This document shows positions 11,292 through 24,351 of a DNA stretch of 64,000 nucleotides, one piece after another. Below the pieces are notes generated by a model. It ran no database searches, was not told where the DNA came from, and saw nothing but the letters and a program-made list of their open reading frames with translations. Position numbers and translations under genes: made by a program. How positions within the stretch are numbered: position 1 is the first letter of the stretch; every line of letters starts with the position of its first letter. Source of the DNA: Eledone cirrhosa (lineage: Eukaryota). The DNA lies in assembly GCA_964016885.1 (NCBI GenBank), contig OZ024745.1, positions 66,960,001 to 67,024,000 of the forward strand. The letters are read 5' to 3'.

Positions 11292-14200
11292 TTACAGATA
11301 CGTACTCAGAGTAGGCCCATTCACTCGGGCCATTCTTGCTTCTCTCACCCATCTTTCAACAAAATGCTGGGAAGAGAGCACTTCCCTCTCTACTCTGATT
11401 TTCCTTTTCAAATGAAATTTGAAAAAGTCAATCAGGGCATCACCGAAGAGGTAAGTGCTCGTCTTCAGCCCTTTCAAACGTCTCCACCATACTATCTCTT
11501 TCACCATGGCCACCAGACAGATAAAAACTGCCTGCCCTTCCCAGCTAAAGGAAGAGGGCGGGGCATCCCTGCCCGATTGGTCGAGGGCTGTGAGCGCCTG
11601 AAGACATTCCAGTCTCGAGACGTTCCCTCTCGGTCTTCGCTTGACCCAGGACTGCAGCTCAGTCAAGGAAACGAGCTGGGGAAATACGTGTCTAGCAAAC
11701 GGCAACCACAGCTGATCACCGTCGAGGAAGAGGTGGAGATGTCGTAGCCTGAGCGCGTGTCTGCGCATGATCAGCCACGGCATTCCCAGCTCTCCACGTA
11801 GCGGGTGTTGACAGCAGATGGACCGCCTGACCATCGGAGCGCGTCCCTTCCACAAAAAGCGAAAGAACAAACGCTCCAGCGCAGTCAGGCGGGGCTTAGG
11901 ACAAGGTGCGACGGTCAGGCGGTAGCAGATGACAGACGCGATGTACGCGTTAGCCACCTCCGCTCGACCTTTCAGGGATAGCTTACTCTCCGCACATTTC
12001 TGGGTGAGAGAAGCCACCCTGCTCGTCACCTCGTCCCAGTTTTTGTCCGTCTGGAGGTCCGGACCGAACCAGACCCCAAGCAATTTAACCGGTCCGTCCG
12101 TCCAGCGTCCGACGACGCTCTAGGACGGCATGGACCTACCTCTCCAGGTTCGAGCTGCAGGACCACTGACTTTTCCTGGTTGATCATTGCTCCTGCCACC
12201 GCTTCGTATTCTCTTAGTGTAGTACCGATCGCCTCGATGAGTTTGGCGTTCGACACCACTACGGTGACATCGTCCGCATATACTGACACGGATCTTCCGC
12301 ATCCTAGTTCGGGCGGGACGCCCCTCAATATCTCCAGTTTATGCAGTAATGGCTCGAGAGTCAATACGTACAAGAGGGACAAGAGGGGACATCCTTGGCG
12401 GACCGAGCGCATGATGTTGAACGGTTCCGAAAGGTGACTGTTCACTCTCACCACAGAGCAGATGTCGCTGTGCATAGCAGTGATCCAGCCTCTGAAGACG
12501 GGCCCAAAGCCAGCCGCCCTCAGGATTGCCGCTAGGTAACGATGGTCGACCCTATCGAAAGCTTTCGACTGATCTAAATTGATCAAGGACCCACCCGTGC
12601 CAGGTTCCCTAGCTACCCTCTCTACGATGTATCGCATGAGGTGGAAGTTGTCGTGGATGGATCTGTCGGGAATGGCGCATGTCTGCGCCTCTCCCACCAG
12701 ACGACCAACGACAAGCGCCAACTTCTTTGCTAGCACCTTGGCCAAAATCTTGAACTCTGTGTTTAGCAGAGTTATGGGCCTGATATTATCTATGTTATCC
12801 CCCTTGTTCGGATCCTTTCTCAGCAGTGCCACCGCTCCTTGGCTCACAGAGCTGGGAATTCTCCCGTTATGTTGCCAGTTGCAGTAGACGTCCGCCAAGA
12901 GGCCTCCGAACAAGTCTGGCATCTGTACATAAAGTTCATAGGGCAGACCATCCAAACCAGGCGATTTACCCCTTGTGCAGCCAGTCATTGCCTCCCGTAC
13001 TTCAGCGGCTGTTATAGGCTTTTCGCAACACTCCGCATCAGTGGCCGAGAGCCGCGGCAGTCCGTCGAGGTAGACACTAAAGTCCATCCCTCGACCCGGC
13101 CCACCGCTGCCCCCGAACAGCTGAGCGAAGTGTCGCTGAAAAGCTTCACACATTTGCCCGGGATCGAGTAGCATGCGCCCGTTGTGGTCCACCAAAGACC
13201 GGATCGTGGCTTTGTTGCCACGATGCGCCTCCGTCACTCGGTCCCATTGAACGGCTTTCGTCCCCTCGTGTCTGAGAGCATGCACCCTAGCTCTGACAAC
13301 GCAGCCTTCGTGCTTTGCATTGAAGAATTGGTCAAGGGCCAATTTCGCCGCAAGCACGTCGGTCGCGATGCCTTTGCTAAGCGCCTCGTCTCTTTTCTAA
13401 CTAGTTCTCCCTCTGCTCTATTTTTCACTATTGCTAAAGCATTACTAAACCTAATGGATTCTATTCTAATCGCTCTTTTCAGAGCAAACCACCACTTGTT
13501 GTTGACGATGGCCCCCGTCAACGCCCGCTTAACTAGTTCACTAATCCGGTCTCTGTAGGCCTTGCGCGCTGGTAAGGACGCATTTAGCTTCCAGTAGCCG
13601 GGTCCTCGTCTATGAAGCCTATCTAAGTCAAGCACACAGATCACGAATCTGTGGTCCGTATAGCTGACTATCTTGAATTGTGGACAGCCTATGCTAGTCC
13701 TATCTATTTCCCTACAAAATACTCTATCTAGATATGATCTGGATGACCCAATGCGATTCGTCCAAGTCCACATTGGCACATTCGGGAAATCCAATCGGTA
13801 CCTGTCAGACGCCTGAGCAGGTTGGTGAGGCTCTTGCACCCTCCACCCCTATCTGCTAATCCCACACAGTCCCAGCGTGCATCTAAGATCCCGTTCCAGT
13901 CGCCCACTAACACTAAAGAGCGGGACGTTCCAAGAAAGGTCTCCAGACGCCGGAAGAAATCAGGCCGCCCTGCTCCTGTCGGGGCATAGACGGCCACTAG
14001 CCTGAAAGCTTGCCCGTCTCCGCTGGTCACGTCCAGCACCACCAACTTACCCTCTGGGTCCAGGAAGATGGCCCGTATGGCGAGATCCAAACCTCTCCTA
14101 AAAAGCACAGCAACTCCTCCCCCCGATCCAGGACGGCCGGGAGATGCGTACACATCGTAGCCGCCGAAGATCGATGCGAAGGCCCGTGCTTCGGAGATTC

Positions 14201-14321
14201 TGGTCTCGCTGATGGCCACTACATCTATGTTTAGTGACCTGAGGTCGTTGAGCAGATGACCCTGCTTCCATGACGACCCCAAGCCACGCGCATTTATGCT
14301 GCCTATTCTGAGTGAGGTCAT
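11292..14321 (-). pseudogene. Tx1 ORF2 (APE endonuclease and reverse transcriptase), frameshifted, C-terminal zinc finger deleted
   Basis: SINARGL, ISET, VGDWN, SYLDRVF, YTDH; KSPGLDG, RPITLLN, DQSKAFD, RQGCPL, YADD. Confidence 0.92.
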
Positions 14322-14356
14322 GTTTAAAATAGAGTGGAAAAGATAGGAAAGACCAC

Positions 14357-16443
14357 TTACCTTCTCTCAGAGGAAGGATGGTTTCACCATCCCTTTTCAC
14401 TTGATCGTCTGGTGAAGGGACCGTTGAATCGCCCCTTCGGCTGGTCGTCGGCTCATCTGTGAGTATAACCGAATATACCCTCCGGTTGAGTGTCCCTCCT
14501 AGGTCTCTGAAATCACCAACTGCGTTGGGGAATTTCGTTTTAATGTTTGTGTATTGTTTCTGTGCTATGTTTACCAGTCTTATGTTCGTTGGTGTTTTGA
14601 TTGGTGCTGGTATTATGTAGTCGTGCTGTAAAATGTCTGTGTGTTCAATTATGTAGGTCATTAATTTCTTGTTGTGTGTATTTATTGCTGTGCATTTGTT
14701 TTTCTGGGGGTGGGGGGGGGGTTCTGCTATTTTCTTGTCGTTGTTGCTGGGTGTGTGTGTTTTGTTGTGTTTGCGATGTTGGTGCTGGTGTTGAAGGTGT
14801 TGTTGTTGTTGGCGATGGGGTTTCCTCCGGCGGTGATGGTGGTGCTAGTGTGGGTGGTGATGGTGTTGGTAGTGTTGCTGCTGTAAGTCTTTTTGCTGTA
14901 GCCTTTACCCTTTTTTCGTTTCTTTCCTCCCTTTTCGAAGGCGACGATGCGCTGCTTCTGCGTTTGTGCCTTCTTGCGACATTTTGCCATCCCTCTCCCA
15001 CCTCACACTCCATGTCCGATTCTGTGAGGTTGGGGAGGGGTACCAGCTCCATTCTTTCACTTGTTGTTGTTGGTGATGTTTGCAGTGGAGTCTCTGTTGC
15101 AGCAGCAGTTGGTATTGTTGTTGTTGTTGTTAATACTTCCACTGCTGTTCTTGATTTCCGTGGCGTGGGTATGGGTGCCACGGACCTATCCTTCCTGGTT
15201 TCCGCCTGTCCTGTTGCTGGTAGCTGTGGAGCTGGTTTCGGAAGGAGGGGGGTTTTCTCCTTTCTCAGGGTGTTCTCATTGCAGAAGGCTCTGAGGTGAG
15301 TCTTCGATCCACAGCGAAAGCATTTCGGGCGTTTTCCCTCAACACTTATGGGCAGTTGAGTGCCGTTATCGAAGTCTATCACATCCGAGATAGCTTCGAT
15401 GCACTTCTGGTTGGTTTGGATTAACATCTCAATGGAGGTGCCGACTCAATCTTCTCTTACTTTTTTCTATACTTGCAGTACAGTTGTTTTGTCCTCAATT
15501 CCGACGAGGACAGATGCGGCCAGCCAAGAAGGGGCCATCCCGGGGGGGGGGGGTCAGTTTGACCCTCACAATTGTTTGTCCGCAGTAGGAGGGCACCAAC
15601 ATCATTTCTTCGCTCCTTAGGGTCACTAAGGATTGAGCCTTTGCCTCCTGGGGTGTGGCAAAAAGCACGTCCACGGTGGCATATTTCTTGCCTCGGGTGA
15701 TATGCGTTTTCCGCTGCCTCACAGACCCTAAGGCTTTTTGTATTTGAGCCTCTGTGGCTCTTTCAACCCTACGGGATTTTGTGCTTACTGTACGGTACAT
15801 GACCGTACAGTGCTGTTGGGTTTCGAAATATGTTTCGGCTGCCTTGCAGATTGCTCGGTGTCCAGTTTTCGTCACCATCTTCTTTGCTTCCTGTAATTCC
15901 TCATTTGTTATAAGGATGGTTCCCAGGTTCTTTGCGATACCTGAAAACGAGATTGGTTTTTCTTTGTTGTTGTTGTTGTTGCTGTTACTTTTGTTGTTGC
16001 TGCTGGTAGTATGACTGCCGCCGCTGTTGTTGCCGCTGTTGTTGTTGCCGCTGCTGTTGTTGTTGTCGCTGTTGTTATTGCTGTTGCTGCTGTTGCTGTT
16101 GCTGTTGTTGTTGTTGCTGTTGCTGTTGCTGCTGTTGTTGCTGCTGCTAATGCTGTTGTTGTTTATGCTGGTGTGGTGCTGATGCTGTTGCGGCTGCTAC
16201 TGTTGTTTTCCTTGTCACTGTTGCTGTTGATGCTGTTGTTATTACGGCTGCTACTGCTATTATCCATGACGTCAGACGAATGAAATGGGTTTTCGTATTT
16301 TCCACACACCTTTTTCGTCGTTGTCGTCGTCGTGGAGAAGTGTTCCACGTTTTGCACGTGACGATTGAGGAAGTAGTGACGATTGAGGAAGAAGAAAACG
16401 GAATGAGTGGGAGTGACTTGTGAAAATTCTTTTTTGTAGCCAT
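14357..16443 (-). pseudogene. Tx1 ORF1 (gag-like, CFRCGSKTHLRAFC knuckle), frameshifted
   Basis: Starts MATKKNFHKS, has an N/S-rich tract, the knuckle and a P/T-rich tail; homologous to 58335-60433. Confidence 0.85.
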
Positions 16444-17300
16444 GATTTCTTTGGTTTAAAATAAATATTGGGCACAACACCCCAATAAGCGGTTATTTAA
16501 CCCCGAAGGGCCAAATAACGAGCAGAAAGACCCCTCTCACGAGGAGGGGGGTGTTTTTGTCTACAATTTGGTTAAAGTTTTAAACAATTTACAATTGTTA
16601 TAGCGGTTAAAATTTACTATACCTTACAGAGCCGAGCCTCCATCGACCATGGCATTCAATAATAATAATAATGTTGTTAATAATAATGTAAAATTAAAAT
16701 ACAAATATCCATAATTCGTATTCTGCAGAATGTACGTAACACATGTTTCACTCTATTCCGAATATTACTCAAGTATTACATCTAAGAAACACAAGTCGGT
16801 AAGTCGTGATATCAAATCGATTGCAACGATGTCTCTCTAGTTAACACACATATATACATACACAAGCTTGACTTTCTTTTTTATATATGCTGATGAGAAA
16901 TTCTGGTTGTAGCTGTCCTATCATTTTATAATGTATCCTTTACTATTTATGACAATAAGGTGATAATTGACTGCTTTTTCTATTGGTAACAATATAAGAG
17001 AAGGCCAAAGTATTGCTGAAAATACTAAGGAAATCAAGTTTCGGGGAAGAAAAGTTTTTGCATCATATTCTTACATATGTATGCATGCATCGTCCTGTAA
17101 CGCCTGATACAGTTGTAGGAGCACAGTAGTGGCATACGGCCAGTCTACAGGATTTTAAGCCTAGCGAAGCTCATCCCTCTTCATGTTGCATGTATACAAA
17201 TATATACACACAAACATTGGGTTTTTGAGAGGTGCAGCGACGAAACTGAATGTTGCTTATTCCATCTCCAAAACAGTGATTTGTGTAATAGGATTATAAT

Positions 17301-17414
17301 TGTTTCTACTTTTGGCACAAGGCCAGCAATTACCCAGTACATTACTGGTACTTTATTTTATCGACCCCGTAAGGATGAAAGGCAAAGTTGACCTCGGTGG
17401 GATTTGAACTCAGA
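17301..17414 (-). mobile_element. 5'-truncated tRNA-derived SINE
   Basis: Runs from the B box to the tail; GGATTAT on both flanks. Confidence 0.85.
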
Positions 17415-18049
17415 ATGGATTATGTTTTTAGATTCAATTGATTAAAATGATAACAATAACCCACGAAATTTCAGAATTGTTTTATCTGAAAAAATGACAA
17501 AAACATAGCATACGGGTTGACGCACAGTTTCATATAATATTGTCTTTCAAACCAAATTTCAGTGAAATAATTGTTTATTGAAGTATTGATCTGGTAATTC
17601 TGAGAAAAATAAAGGTCTTCCGGATATTTTTAATAGACCTTATGTCGTTCTAGGATATTTAATAGCGATTGTAAGGGTGGTTGATACGCCTGCAATCACC
17701 CACGTAACTGTGTTAAATGATATTAATACAAAATAATGATGCGTTCATGTGTTCATAGGAAGATTGTTTAAAAGTAAATCTACTATTATTGTATATATAT
17801 ATATGTATAATCTTTTCCTGAGTCAAACCATTTTCGTTGCTGTGGCAATGCGGCTGGACTGCTGATCGTTATATTTGATTTGCTAAGCTGTCTAAACGTA
17901 TTATTATTACTTTGGGGTACTATTCCCTATCGAGTGCTAAAGCTACATAACGAATTTGCATTCGTTAGCTTTGCCGCAACCTAAAGCTTCGTTAATGCTG
18001 TACTAAAATTTGTATATATATTCATATATAGGTGTATAATAAAGGTTTC

Positions 18050-18260
18050 TACATTTGTCGCTAGGCCAGCAATCTCAAGTGAATGCGAATGTTGATTAAA
18101 TCGACCCTAGTGTGATGTTGGTAATTTATTTTATCGACACCGTAAGGATGAAAGGCAAAGCTAATCATTGCAGGATTTAAACACAGAACGTGTTGGGGCG
18201 TAACTATATGTCGCAAAGTATGTTCTCTGACGCTCTACCGGTGCTGTCAATCCACCACGC
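18050..18260 (-). mobile_element. Diverged tRNA-derived SINE
   Basis: Core CGTAAGGATGAAAGGCAAAG plus a head remnant. Confidence 0.8.
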
Positions 18261-20104
18261 TCAGATGGATATCTAATAATAACAATTATACATACCATCA
18301 TTTTCCTGTAATGTAGTGTTTAAATGTTGAATATTCATGCACAGTACAGCGTGTATTTGACAATAAAAAATAAATTAAAATAGGTATAACTACAGTTTAT
18401 AGGCCTCACCATAAAGATTTAATCGTATGTGAGATATTCTTCATGACAGCTGCGAAGTATTTTTATAAGTTTCACACTCCATCATAAGTGATTTTTATAA
18501 CTAAACGTAACTCTAACATCATTACTCTCTCTTTGAACTCAACAGTATGTCTGTTTATAAAACGCATATTTTTTCAAAAATGTTTTGAACTTAACACCAT
18601 TATTTTTGTCAATCTCAGCTCTAGAAATTGTGGTTTATGTAAGTGTTAAATGGCTTATATATTCTCTTTTTATTCAAGATATCCAAAAGTCATTTCCTGT
18701 TTCTGCGTATATTTCACGAAAAGCTCGTCAGAATCTTCTCGCTCATTCCTGACCTTTGAAATATTTTTAGCTTTTCATTACCAATCCCCGGAATATATAT
18801 GTTGTAGTAGTTCATTCGATAATAGGTATTAAAACATCACCAGTTAGACTTATTTTCCTATTTCACTACTCGTGTATCCATGACTGAATTAATCTCTCTT
18901 TCTTTGTCGCTGACTCTCTCTACCCCCCCCCTCTCTCTCTCTTTCTCTCTCACTCTATCTTACTCTCTCTCTCTTCCTCTACACACACATATATATTTAT
19001 AGATATATGTGTGTATGTGTGTGTGTGTGAGAAAGAGAGAAAGAGTGTATGTGTGTATGTGTTTGTATAATAAGAAAAACGAAGTTTCGTTTACATATAT
19101 ATAAGCTTTTATTTTGTATCGACCTGTTCTGCAGGTTTCTCAGATAATTGGCTGAAGGTTACCCATGGAAGTTATGGATCCGACTCCAGTAACGAGCTGC
19201 TCGTCAGACTGGTGATTCAACAACAAATAACATATTTGTGGTGATCCGTGCAATGTTGGGTATATATATATAAACATCGGTCCTATATGTTTGCATGGGT
19301 GTGTCCGTATGTAAGTGCTTAAGTGCGTAGGCATGCCTACTTGTGTGTACATATATGCGTGCGTGCGTGCGAAGTCCAGAAGGGTCAATCATATTTCCGC
19401 AATCAGACTTTTGATATTTATCTATACACATACGTGGATACTCACACACACACGCACGCGCGCGTGTATATATGTGTGTGTGTGAGTGTGTGTCTATGTA
19501 TGTATTTTATGTTTGCAGAAAACATTGGATGAATTAATAACAATACAGTTACCATGGAATATATAGAACAATCTGTATTAATTACATCTTAAAGTAAAAT
19601 TATACTATCAGGAAAGTAGTAATCTATACGCTAAAGCAAGTTACCTTATGACATATATTAAATGGTTCTTAGTTGTTATTGTTTGTATATAATTATTTAT
19701 TGAAATGGTAATCTTGGAAATTGTCGTGTTGAACATTGAGTAAGTGAAACGACATGTCAACAATTTACGTATTAATAAGAACCTAGTCGGAAGTATGGCT
19801 TTATTCACAAACAGAAGGCTGTTGCAAATATATACATACCATATACATATATCGAAGAAAGACGTGAGAAATAGCAAAACCCTGTGTTTAACGAAGAAAT
19901 TCTCTTCTGATACTTGGTCTGCATCACGATTCATACTTCCAAACCAGTCGGTAAAGACTACTAGCTTTGTAAGAGGAGAGGGAGACGGGGTGAAATAACA
20001 CTGGGGTTTCGCAGATGTACACCCACGTGTTTTGTGGGAAATAATTATTTTTCTACGCTTTCTCGTTGTGAGTGTGGGCTGTCAACTAATCTGACCTCCC
20101 AGAG

Positions 20105-20415
20105 CATAGGTTCTCAAGGTGGGCGCTACCGCCGAGGAAGGGGGGCGTTGAATAGGTGCATGGGGTGATGGAGCCAAAGGAACGCTGGAGGGAAGACGGT
20201 AGAGATGATATAATAGTATATTAAATATCAAATGACACATATATATAAATATAGTAAAATAAAGAATATCTATTTATACATAGTATATATTATATTTTTT
20301 ATTATATATAAACTAATTTTATTTATTATATATTTCTTACAATTGGTGGGTTGGGGCGCTGAGGGTATCACGTGGCTGTGAGGGGGCAGTGGCCAAAATT
20401 GTTTAAGAACCTCTG
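20105..20415. mobile_element. hAT (Charlie-like) MITE
   Basis: TIRs CATAGGTTCTCAA and TTAAGAACCTCTG; 8-bp TSD TCCCAGAG / TCCTAGAG. Confidence 0.85.
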
Positions 20416-20666
20416 TCCTAGAGGTTCGCATCCGACCTTTCTTCGCTGAAAACGGAATCCCTAGTAGTAACTAACTGTAACACTAACCCCAACCCCAAAC
20501 TTAACCCTCAAAAGATCGACATCGACACACGTAAGAACCTTCATAACTGCACATATACAGACATGCAGACGGACTTATATAGTTACAATGGAGGATGAAG
20601 GATCTTTCTTTCTGGGTTAGAAACCGCCCCTGTCTCTCTTTCTCCCTCTCTCTCTCACTCGCACTT

Positions 20667-20697
<31 letters not shown>

Positions 20698-20771
20698 TGA
20701 CGAGAAAATGAAAAAAAACAGAATGGAACATACATATATACACATATACATACATAAATGCATACATTCAT

Positions 20772-20829
<58 letters not shown>

Positions 20830-21215
20830 TCATATATTTATATAATTATTTCAATTACTGACATAGATACTTCTTACCAAGGGCCAAATCTCTCTCGTAT
20901 ACTATTGTGGACAACAATACTATAGAGTTACACATTGTATTTCGGAAAAGTAATGCTTATGTTAATTGTTCGTGTTCCAGATTTGATTAACTAAATGCAC
21001 ATTAGATTGTATTCTCTATGTTAGGAAATCTCCGACGTTCCAGAATACTGATTGCTCATTTAGTAATACAATAGAGTGTTCCACTGATTAGAGTTAAACG
21101 TGTAAATTTTAAATTATAGTAAAGAGGTATGATTCTACGCAGTACTGCATAGATATTCTTATTCTTGCTAAATTCTAATGAAAAGCTTAAACTACTGTGC
21201 ACCAAAGAACCAATA

Positions 21216-21255
<40 letters not shown>

Positions 21256-21256
<1 letters not shown>

Positions 21257-23754
21257 TAGCAGAAGTACCCGGCGTTACCCGGGTGTAAGTCGACCTTTGG
21301 TCTGTTAGAATGTTTGAAAGTTACTTCCCGCGCATCACAGGTTCAAAACTTCGAACTTCAATGGAAAAAAATAGGTTAGTAGACACAGGTGTGTAATTTA
21401 TTAATTGTAGTTACACAGTGTATCGTTGAAATTGTTCTCTGCACGACTGACGGAAGTCAAAATCGCTTGATATTGAATGTTCAGTTAATTTAAAGCAGGG
21501 TGAAAATGTCGATTGCTTTCAGGGTTTTTTTTTTTTTACAATTTTTGCGCTCACATGTGCAGAAGAAGAATTAAAAGGGCCTTTATCTTAACCGCGGCAT
21601 AATGGCGAGTCTTTTGTGGCAGTTTTCAAGAATATAGGACGTTCCTGTAAAAAGTTTTCCCATGTGTAACTTTGCCTTGTTTTTTGCGCAAAATCGAGCC
21701 CCGCTTCAGTTTTATTGATTTTTTACATCAATGCGTGATCTCTGAAGTAGATTTGAGTAGCTAAAAACCTGACCCGGTAAATTTGCTATAGGTGAAAAAA
21801 AGTTGATCAAAATTGTATCTAGGGTTATTGCCCTTTGCCACAGCCTCAAGCCTCGTCTGACGGGATGTTGGTGATTCCTCCGTCAGCGCTTGTTGGCGAC
21901 GAAGGCGAACATCAGCAAGCCTTGTCGTACGTGATGTTGGTGACTCAACCAGCCGGGAAAGACGTCTATCAGCGAGTCGAGATTCGTGCTCAGTAGATGT
22001 TTCCTAGAGAAAATTAATTAATTCTACTGGTTAGCTAAGCCAATGGCAGTGTCAATAGTAAATGAGAAAAGTCTAACATGAACAAAAGGGAATCAAGGTA
22101 AGACAATAAATTTAATATAACTATGATTAGAATGTTGTAGTTGCTTAAAAGTGGTGACAGTTAGGATAAACGCAGTACTTGCTAACATTAAGAGAGAATA
22201 TTGCATAAAGGATTAATAAATTGTGAATGAACTCATACCTGAGAACGCCTAATTCGTTATCTCAAAGCAATAGCTGTACCTTTTTTGGAGGTAAGTCTTG
22301 AACGTTTCCGTGTGGGCATAACGACGTGTAACGAAGCTGTTAGGTTAGAGAGAGGTGATTAAATACAGAGAGAGATGACACCAGATTCGTTAGCATGGTT
22401 ACTGGTGAATGGGAATGTTTGGAAATATGATTACAATAACTTACCGAATTTTCCCGTCTATAAATTGCACTTAAAATAATTAAATTTAATCAAAAAACAG
22501 CTCTGCGCTTTATACTCCGGTGAGCCTTATGTATAAATAATACAATGGTAATCAATCACGGCTCTAACAGAAGTAATAGATCTAGACTAAAAGTAAAGAA
22601 GATAGCATTTTCTGGTTGGCCTTACACGCCGTTGCGCGGACCTGATTTTAAATGATACGCCTTATATCCTGGTGAGCCTTATAGAGCGGAAAATATCTAT
22701 TGGAAAAGAATACGAATTCATGACCAAGGTGTGACAAGATAGGCGTCTATACAGCGCCTGAAACAAACTTGTCCAAAACCCTAGGATTTTTCTCGTTAAG
22801 TATCCACTAAAAGGAACCGTTTTTTAGTTACAAAAAATAACCAAAGTGTATAGTAGCTATATTTCTGACATATCATGCCAAAAAGAACAATATATTCAAA
22901 AAATGTTCTAAAGTACATTCAATCTCTCTTTTTGACCGATATCTTAATAAGCAAGTTATCGATTTTTTATTGGCTGTCAGTGTCTATCTGCATGCAGGTG
23001 TGCACGTGTGCGCAATTAATTGCAAATACGCTCATAACATTTAGTCGTAAGCAGAACAAAAAATGCCATTAGAGGTGGGCTAATAATGAAGACACAAACC
23101 CTGGTGAACTTACGTTTAAACACCCGAAAAGTTACTCACTTCCTGTGCAAAAGACTGTATTATAAATTAAGTAATTTTTTAGAATCTTTTGTTTAAAAAA
23201 GGAAAACATTGGTACGACGTAAATCTTTTTACTTGTATTGTATGTGTACAACACAACTTGGTCAACGTATTATTTGGTAATTTTTTTTTCAAAAAGCATG
23301 ATTATTTAAGACTGTTTGAAAATTTACTCACAGCTTTTAGGTTCACAAAAGACACCATTAAATTTGGTTCCCTTTTCAGATAGGGATAATACTGTATTTC
23401 CACTTGAATAAGGTGGAATATGAAAAGAAACTCTTTAATGATCGGTCGTTTACTGAGACAGCTGGGAAGACATGCAGCTGGCCGTCCAATCAATAACGCA
23501 CGTCCTTATATGGGCATATGAAATTTATTTGTATTGTGCCAGATGTAAACTAAGAGTTTTTGTGTTCGAATTCACATAAAATTTCATTGGAATCGCAAAA
23601 CATTCTGTCATAGGGCCCGATTATCGATCTTTCGAAAATTTCAAGTAGCCTATTCCACTCTACGCGTTGAGTTTTATATATGTGTGAGGTTTCATGAAAA
23701 TTGGATTAACGGTGTAGCAGGCAAGTTCGGTACATTAAACAATGTCCATCTTCC

Positions 23755-23765
<11 letters not shown>
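21256..23765 (-). mobile_element. Non-autonomous Helitron-like element
   Basis: Minus-strand 3' end has hairpin CCCGG-GTAACG-CCGGG, 8 nt, then CTAG|T. The probable 5' end TATATAAAGGGAAG merges into (TA)n. No transposase ORF. Confidence 0.7.
22442..22699. mobile_element. pogo/Tigger-like MITE nested in the Helitron
   Basis: Imperfect TIRs TACCGAATTTTCCCGTCTATAA and TTATAGAGCGGAAAATATCTA; internal repeat TTATA..C.GGTGAGCCTTAT. Confidence 0.55.
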
Positions 23766-23804
<39 letters not shown>

Positions 23805-23874
23805 CATAACTAATAAGCTCTGTAACCTACATAGAGCACTCTTTTTTCCTGGACCTTTCCGAAGGAATTACTTC

Positions 23875-23924
<50 letters not shown>

Positions 23925-23929
<5 letters not shown>

Positions 23930-24126
23930 AACGAGTAGGACCCCGACGGCTGAGCTCAAGCCGTTTCGACGGCTAATTCTGGAATTAGTCGTCCAGAATT
24001 AGCCGTCGAAACGGCTTGGCTCAGTCGTCGGGGTCCTACTCGTTCCTATTACCCACTCTACTACCCTAAGTATTGAGTACTTTGGTGCGTTATCGTCCAC
24101 CTGGTTCCTTACCACATTTCCTTCGT

Positions 24127-24127
<1 letters not shown>
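23925..24127 (+). mobile_element. Fold-back PLE pseudo-LTR fragment (125-bp palindrome plus tail) in (TA)n
   Basis: Arms 23925-23983 and 23992-24049; contains the hammerhead 3' half GAAA-CGGCT..AGTCG-TC-GGGGTCC. Confidence 0.7.
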
Positions 24128-24158
<31 letters not shown>

Positions 24159-24350
24159 ACAAAGAAAGTGTGGTAAGAAACCAGGTAAGCCATAACGCAC
24201 CAGAGTACTTGATACTTAGGGTAGTAGAGTGGGTAATATGAAAAAAGTCAGGACCCCGACGGCTGAGCTCCGGCCGTTTCGACAGCTAGATCCGAACTGC
24301 TCGGATCTAGCTGTCGAAACAGCCGGAGCTCAGCTGTCGGGGTCCTGACT
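24159..24350 (-). mobile_element. Second fold-back PLE fragment of the same family, tail-to-tail with the first
   Basis: Palindrome 24246-24350 (loop 24296-24300); its tail is the reverse complement of 24048-24127. Confidence 0.7.
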
Positions 24351-24351
24351 C

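Larger units (their letters stand above)
11041..16657 (-). mobile_element. Tx1/L1-clade LINE, copy 1, near full length, defective
   Basis: 5' end GAATGCCATGG; ORF1 with CCHC knuckle; ORF2 with APE and RT; 3' end AATAAAGAAATC then ATT repeats. AATAATGTTGTTAATAAT is present on both flanks (11023 and 16667). Colinear with 58119-63358. Confidence 0.95.

Noticed and set aside
14601-15299. Long antisense ORFs over Tx1 ORF1 (also 59420-60115) and over the Dong ORFs
   Set aside because: Shadow frames of stop-poor coding strands; no independent motifs.
23925-24350. CRISPR-like array, pre-miRNA or terminator
   Set aside because: No repeat-spacer periodicity and a eukaryotic context; better explained as fold-back pseudo-LTR fragments.
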